Position numbers and translations under genes: made by a program
NCBI GenBank assembly: GCA_024642005.1
Contig: JAHECA010000005.1
Coordinates: forward strand, 8,898-72,897
Direction: 5' to 3'
Source: Robiginitalea sp.
GTDB taxonomy: Bacteria; Bacteroidota; Bacteroidia; Flavobacteriales; Flavobacteriaceae
DNA: 64,000 nt
The notes under the pieces: generated by a model
The model's database searches: none
What the model was told of the DNA's origin: nothing
The model's input: only the letters and a program-made list of their open reading frames with translations
Part shown: positions 60,119 to 64,000 of the stretch, piece after piece
How the letters are laid out: the number at the start of each line of letters is the position of its first letter
Position numbering within the stretch: position 1 is the first letter of the stretch

Positions 60119-60757
60119 ATGAACGAATCATCCAGCAGAAAAGCCCACTGGGAAAACATCTACCAGACCAAGCCCCTGGAAACGGTGAGCTGGTACCAGC
60201 CCGTCCCGGAAACCTCCCTATCGCTTATCGATGCCCTGAACCTGCCCAAGACGGCCCGGATCATTGATATCGGCGGGGGCGACAGCCTGCTGACCGACCA
60301 CCTGCTGCAGCTCGGCTATACGCACCTCACCGTGCTCGATATTTCGGCGACAGCCCTTAAACGTGCCCAAAAACGGCTGGGGCCACTGGCCGACAGGGTG
60401 CGCTGGATCGCGTCAGACGTAGTCGATTTCCAACCCGATGAACCCTTCGACCTGTGGCACGACCGGGCAGCCTTCCACTTCCTCACGGAACAGCCCGATA
60501 TTGAAGCTTACCGGGAGGTAGCCGCCCAGGCCGTAAAACCCGATGGCCATATGCTGGTGGCCACCTTCTCGATACACGGCCCTGAAAAGTGCAGCGGCAA
60601 GGTCATCAGGCGGTATGAGCCAACCGCCCTGGAGACCGTATTTCAGGACTCGTTCCGGCAAACCGGGTGCCTGGAAACCGGCCACAGCACTCCGGGTGGA
60701 TCGGTGCAGCAATTCCTTTTTTGCAACTTCAAAAGGCGCGTGGAGCCTTCCAAATAA
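60119..60757 (+). CDS. Class I SAM-dependent methyltransferase
   Basis: HWENIY...VSWYQ N-terminus. Motif I is IIDIGGGDSLL. The acidic post-I residue is in LDIS. Confidence 0.8.
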   Translation: MNESSSRKAHWENIYQTKPLETVSWYQPVPETSLSLIDALNLPKTARIIDIGGGDSLLTDHLLQLGYTHLTVLDISATALKRAQKRLGPLADRVRWIASDVVDFQPDEPFDLWHDRAAFHFLTEQPDIEAYREVAAQAVKPDGHMLVATFSIHGPEKCSGKVIRRYEPTALETVFQDSFRQTGCLETGHSTPGGSVQQFLFCNFKRRVEPSK

Positions 60758-60841
60758 TCGAACTGGTGGCCCTTCGCCCTGGCACAAATGGACAACCCAT
60801 AGGGGGACCGGGCCTGCTTTCTCCATTTCAGGGAACCGACG

Positions 60842-60849
60842 TATCTTTG
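60842..60849 (+). promoter_or_regulatory. Candidate -7 promoter box for the U32/ferredoxin pair
   Basis: TATCTTTG is an exact TAnnTTTG match and ends 41 nt before the ATG at 60891. No clear -33 TTG sits at the usual spacing. Confidence 0.35.
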
Positions 60850-60890
60850 TGCCGCAATTTGGTACCGGCCCTGGTGCGAAAGGAGCGCTC

Positions 60891-62138
60891 ATGGAAGCAA
60901 GTAAATACGAACCCGTCGAAATAATGGCCCCGGTTGGCTCCTTCGAGTCGCTGGAAGCCGCCCTCTGCGCCGGATGCAATTCGGTTTATTTCGGGGTGGA
61001 GCAGCTCAACATGCGGGCCCGATCCACCATCAATTTCACCGGAGACGACCTCCGCGAAATCGTACGGCGCTGCGAGGCACGGGGCGTTAAATCGTACCTG
61101 ACCCTCAACACGGTGCTCTACGACCACGACATCACTTTGATGAAAGGGATCGTAGACCAGGCCAAGGCATGCGGGGTATCTGCCATTATCGGCTCAGACC
61201 ACGCCGTCTTGTCGTATTGCCGGCAAATCGGGATGCCCCTGCACATCTCCACCCAGGCCAACGTGACCAATGTGGAATCGGTGGCCTTTTATGCCGCCTT
61301 TGCCGATGTAATGGTATTGTCGCGTGAACTCAGCCTGCGGCAGGTAGCCGATATAAGCCGGGAAATTGCCCGACAGGAAATCAAAGGCCCATCGGGTGAA
61401 TTGGTTCGGCTTGAAGTTTTCGCCCACGGCGCCCTCTGCATGGCCGTTTCCGGGAAATGCTACCTGAGCCTGCATTCGCACAACGCCTCTGCAAACCGGG
61501 GTGCCTGCATCCAGAACTGCCGCAAGGAATACATCGTGACCAGCAAGGACGACGGGCAGGAGCTGGCCATCGACAACGCATACATCATGAGCGCCAAGGA
61601 CCTGTGCACCATTGGCTTTCTGGATAAGATCCTGGAAGCCGGGGTAAACATCCTCAAAATTGAGGGCCGGGGCCGTGCCGCCGACTATGTGGATACCACC
61701 GTGCGCTGTTACCGGGAGGCCGTGGAGGCCCTGGGGGAGGGCACCTATACAGCCGAAAAGATCGAAGGCTGGATGGAGCGCCTGGCTACGGTATACAACC
61801 GCGGTTTCTGGGATGGGTATTACCTGGGCCGGAAAATGGGCGAATGGAACGACTCATACGGCTCCAAAGCCACAGAGCGGAAAATCTATATCGGCCGGGG
61901 TGTCAAATACTACCCCCGGGTGCAGGTAGGGGAATTCCGGATGGAATCGCACAGCCTGAAAACCGGCGACACGGTAATGATTACAGGACCCGATTTTGGG
62001 GTGCTCAAAGCGGAAGTACAGGAGCTGCGGGTAGACAACCGCGTGGTCGAAGTGGTGCAAAAGGGTGAGGTGTTCTCGATGAAGACCGACCGGAAGATAC
62101 GGGCGTCTGCCAAACTCTATAAAGTAGTGCCTGCCTGA
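60891..62138 (+). CDS. Peptidase-U32-family protein with a 4Fe-4S cysteine motif (probable O2-independent hydroxylase-type enzyme)
   Basis: I prefer the ATG at 60891 (MEASKYEPVEIMAPVGS...). The translation shows C183-X6-C190-X15-C206-X3-C210 (nt 61437-61520). The family resemblance extends over the full length. Confidence 0.88.
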   Translation: MEASKYEPVEIMAPVGSFESLEAALCAGCNSVYFGVEQLNMRARSTINFTGDDLREIVRRCEARGVKSYLTLNTVLYDHDITLMKGIVDQAKACGVSAIIGSDHAVLSYCRQIGMPLHISTQANVTNVESVAFYAAFADVMVLSRELSLRQVADISREIARQEIKGPSGELVRLEVFAHGALCMAVSGKCYLSLHSHNASANRGACIQNCRKEYIVTSKDDGQELAIDNAYIMSAKDLCTIGFLDKILEAGVNILKIEGRGRAADYVDTTVRCYREAVEALGEGTYTAEKIEGWMERLATVYNRGFWDGYYLGRKMGEWNDSYGSKATERKIYIGRGVKYYPRVQVGEFRMESHSLKTGDTVMITGPDFGVLKAEVQELRVDNRVVEVVQKGEVFSMKTDRKIRASAKLYKVVPA

Positions 62139-62365
62139 TGGTGCGCATCCACTTCCAGCGGGCCAGGTGCATCGGCTGTAACGGCTGTGTGGAAGCCGCT
62201 CCCGACCGCTGGCGGGTCTCCAAGAAAGACGGCAAGAGCAACTTGGTGGGAGGTGCTGAAAACAAAGGTTTTTACCACGCCCTGGTGGACGACGAGGAAT
62301 GGGGGCCCAACCTTCGGGCTGCCGCCAATTGCCCCGTTAAAATCATCCGTATTGAGCGTGCCTGA
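62138..62365 (+). CDS. Small single-cluster ferredoxin
   Basis: 75 aa. CIGCNGC (CxxCxxC) plus a distal CP (ANCPV). The ATG overlaps the U32 stop by 1 nt (TGATG). Confidence 0.8.
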   Translation: MVRIHFQRARCIGCNGCVEAAPDRWRVSKKDGKSNLVGGAENKGFYHALVDDEEWGPNLRAAANCPVKIIRIERA

Positions 62366-62385
62366 GAAAGGCGCACCCCTTTTCC

Positions 62386-63177
62386 TTATTTGATGGGCGA
62401 GAAATCGGTAGCCTGCAGCAACTCGTCCGTAATGGAGTCTACCAGCCTGCCATCGCGGATAGATGCCTCGTAGGCCGTCTTCCAGGCCGGGTCGTCCCCG
62501 AATTGTTTCCAGCTGGCCGTCCGGGCCGCCGTATCGGGGAAAGTTACCAGGTAGGTGAGGATGTGATCGGCCCCGGATTCAGTGGAATCCAAATCCAGGT
62601 ATACCAGGTTGTGGATGCCGTTTCGCTCGAAGATCTCGACGGTATGGTCGGCAAAACGGGAACGCAGGGCTTCGAGCTTGCCGGGAAAGGTATAATAGGT
62701 GCGCAGGGAGAATATCCGAGGGCCGGCATTTTCGGCCTGAACCCTGGGCGAAAAGCGGCTGTACCGATAAAAGGCATTCACGACCGAATCGACAATGGGG
62801 CCGTCGGCGTGTGACGCCTCATAGACCTGTTTCCACTCCGGATCGCCCGAGAAGGCTTCCCAGGAGCGGTCGCGTGCAGCCCGGTCGGCATACCCCAACA
62901 GGTACACCAGCTTGTTGTCGGCGTTGTCGAGCGGTTCCCAGTACCCGATATTGGTCATCCCGTGTTTTTCGAACAGGGCTGTGGTGTGGTCGCGGAACCG
63001 GGTTTTCAGGGCTTCCAGTTTACCGGGATAGCAGTAATAGGTGCGCATTTCGAAATACTGAGGTTCCACCGGGGTCATCGCGGCCTGGGGGGCCTCGTCT
63101 GCAGGGGATTCCTTTTTGGGTTCACCGCCGCAGGCAGCGAGCAGCATTAGGCTGCAAAGCAGGTATAGGTGTTTCAT
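62386..63177 (-). CDS. Lipoprotein with two tandem NIPSNAP domains
   Basis: Lipobox LLAACG. An internal duplication is visible: MRTYYCYPGKLEALKTRFRDHTTALFEKHG versus LRTYYTFPGKLEALRSRFADHTVEIFERNG. Confidence 0.8.
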   Translation of the reverse strand: MKHLYLLCSLMLLAACGGEPKKESPADEAPQAAMTPVEPQYFEMRTYYCYPGKLEALKTRFRDHTTALFEKHGMTNIGYWEPLDNADNKLVYLLGYADRAARDRSWEAFSGDPEWKQVYEASHADGPIVDSVVNAFYRYSRFSPRVQAENAGPRIFSLRTYYTFPGKLEALRSRFADHTVEIFERNGIHNLVYLDLDSTESGADHILTYLVTFPDTAARTASWKQFGDDPAWKTAYEASIRDGRLVDSITDELLQATDFSPIK

Positions 63178-63248
63178 CTCGCTTGTTTTGTCAAACGGGA
63201 AGATACGGATTTTTCACATGCACGAACCGGCACCTATGGAATGTCGAT

Positions 63249-63716
63249 CTAATCGGCCCTGGGCCTATGCACTTCCGTAATCAGCAGCCTTACTGTGGTT
63301 TCCCCGATGTTTACTGCCGCGTCGGTTAGGGGGCCACTAATCAGGGCATCGCCTGTATTCAAGCGGAATTCAACCGGGTCTGTGCCATTGATATAAACCA
63401 GGAGCGTTCCCCCTTCCATCGTATACACCGTATGGTCGAGGTGTTGGTGGAGCGCCATGGAATCCCCGGGCTTCATGGTGGAAATGTACATCTGAAGGCC
63501 AAGGGTATCCCCCAGCACCTCCAGGTACTCCGGTACAGCGGTCACCGGATCGAGTGCCGGGTCAAGTTCCGGGAGGGATGCGACGGGCATTTCCTCCTGA
63601 AGGACAGGCTGGTCTGCATCAGCAGAAGGGGTCTCCGAACTTTTGTCACGGCAGGCCACCAACAGTGCCATGGCGGCCAGGGCAATGGCAGCTTTTTTTA
63701 AAGGGAGGGCTGTCAT
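63249..63716 (-). CDS. Cupin-domain lipoprotein
   Basis: Lipobox LLVACR. Cupin-like GDSMALHQHLDHTVYTMEGG...GDALI. Confidence 0.7.
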   Translation of the reverse strand: MTALPLKKAAIALAAMALLVACRDKSSETPSADADQPVLQEEMPVASLPELDPALDPVTAVPEYLEVLGDTLGLQMYISTMKPGDSMALHQHLDHTVYTMEGGTLLVYINGTDPVEFRLNTGDALISGPLTDAAVNIGETTVRLLITEVHRPRAD

Positions 63717-63725
63717 AGCAGGACG

Positions 63726-63759
63726 AGTATTTAATATGTTGATTGTTAGTATTTAATAT
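63726..63759. repeat. Direct repeat of AGTATTTAATAT (2 copies, 22-bp period) upstream of the cupin gene
   Basis: Exact 12-mers at 63726-63737 and 63748-63759, in an AT-rich stretch 10-43 nt upstream of the minus-strand start at 63716. Confidence 0.6.
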
Positions 63760-64000
63760 AGGGATTTTAACTGGTTTATCCTAAGGTCATTTATGTGCCT
63801 GGAAAACGGATTCCTTCCTGAAAAAGAAACGAGTAGTCTCTTCTTCCGATGTTTTCAGGATTGGGGAGATTGACTATATTTAGAAACCTGTAACCGGCAA
63901 TAACCCAAAACAGACCGAACCGTTCAGCCCATAGGAGGCCGGGGGGCGCCGAAACCTTGAAAAAGAAACCGATGATAAACCGCACCATCCTCCTTTTCCT

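Noticed and set aside
63791-63988. 65-aa minus-strand ORF at the window edge
   Set aside because: It is short and hydrophobic, with no motif, no promoter or terminator context, and lies next to the window end. The evidence is insufficient to call a gene.

Overview
This is a 64-kb chromosomal segment from a GC-rich bacterium. G+C is roughly 60 % by eye and was not computed. The organism looks like a member of the Bacteroidota, most likely Flavobacteriales. Supporting signs are the parA-parB-DUF5683-dapB-lepB-wbqC synteny, a GldI-type lipoprotein PPIase, many lipoprotein signal peptides, TAnnTTTG-type -7 promoter boxes, and leaders without Shine-Dalgarno sequences. All homology calls come from motifs I recognise in the supplied translations. 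No database search was run. I count about 59 protein-coding genes and one multi-frameshift pseudogene. I saw no rRNA, tRNA, CRISPR array, transposase or integrase. Genes are densely packed, and many neighbours overlap by 1-8 nt, which suggests translational coupling. Examples are parA/parB/DUF5683, small ORF/mutL/rhomboid/rhomboid, TPR/ribH, recF/lipoprotein/DUF721 and nrnA/gldI. The content is mostly housekeeping: methylmalonyl-CoA mutase, ParAB, DapB, LepB, MutL, RibH, RecF, Ndk, KatG and AqpZ. There is also a strongly peptide-degrading accessory set: PepD, M48, two M20 enzymes, an S33 prolyl iminopeptidase-like protein, an S15 CocE/NonD hydrolase and secreted amidohydrolases. The loci most worth a second look are as follows. 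(1) An atypical Feo-type metal-uptake locus at 55.5-59.6 kb. It has two DtxR-like proteins carrying FeoA domains, one apparently membrane-anchored, followed by a FeoB encoded in two pieces. A good promoter and a palindrome lie upstream. (2) A U32 'peptidase' with an exact CX6CX15CX3C Fe-S motif, translationally coupled to a small ferredoxin (60.9-62.4 kb). (3) A secreted amidohydrolase set in which only one of three modules keeps the HxH metal motif. (4) An FGE-fold lipoprotein that lacks the catalytic cysteine pair, lying near a Cys-type sulfatase with an unassigned 160-aa C-terminal domain. (5) A 115-aa two-TM K-channel-like protein with a degenerate selectivity filter. (6) An SPFH/Arc-like gene pair. 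None of these is proven novel. All need database and neighbourhood checks. The many long ORFs antisense to clear genes are GC-rich shadow frames and were rejected.
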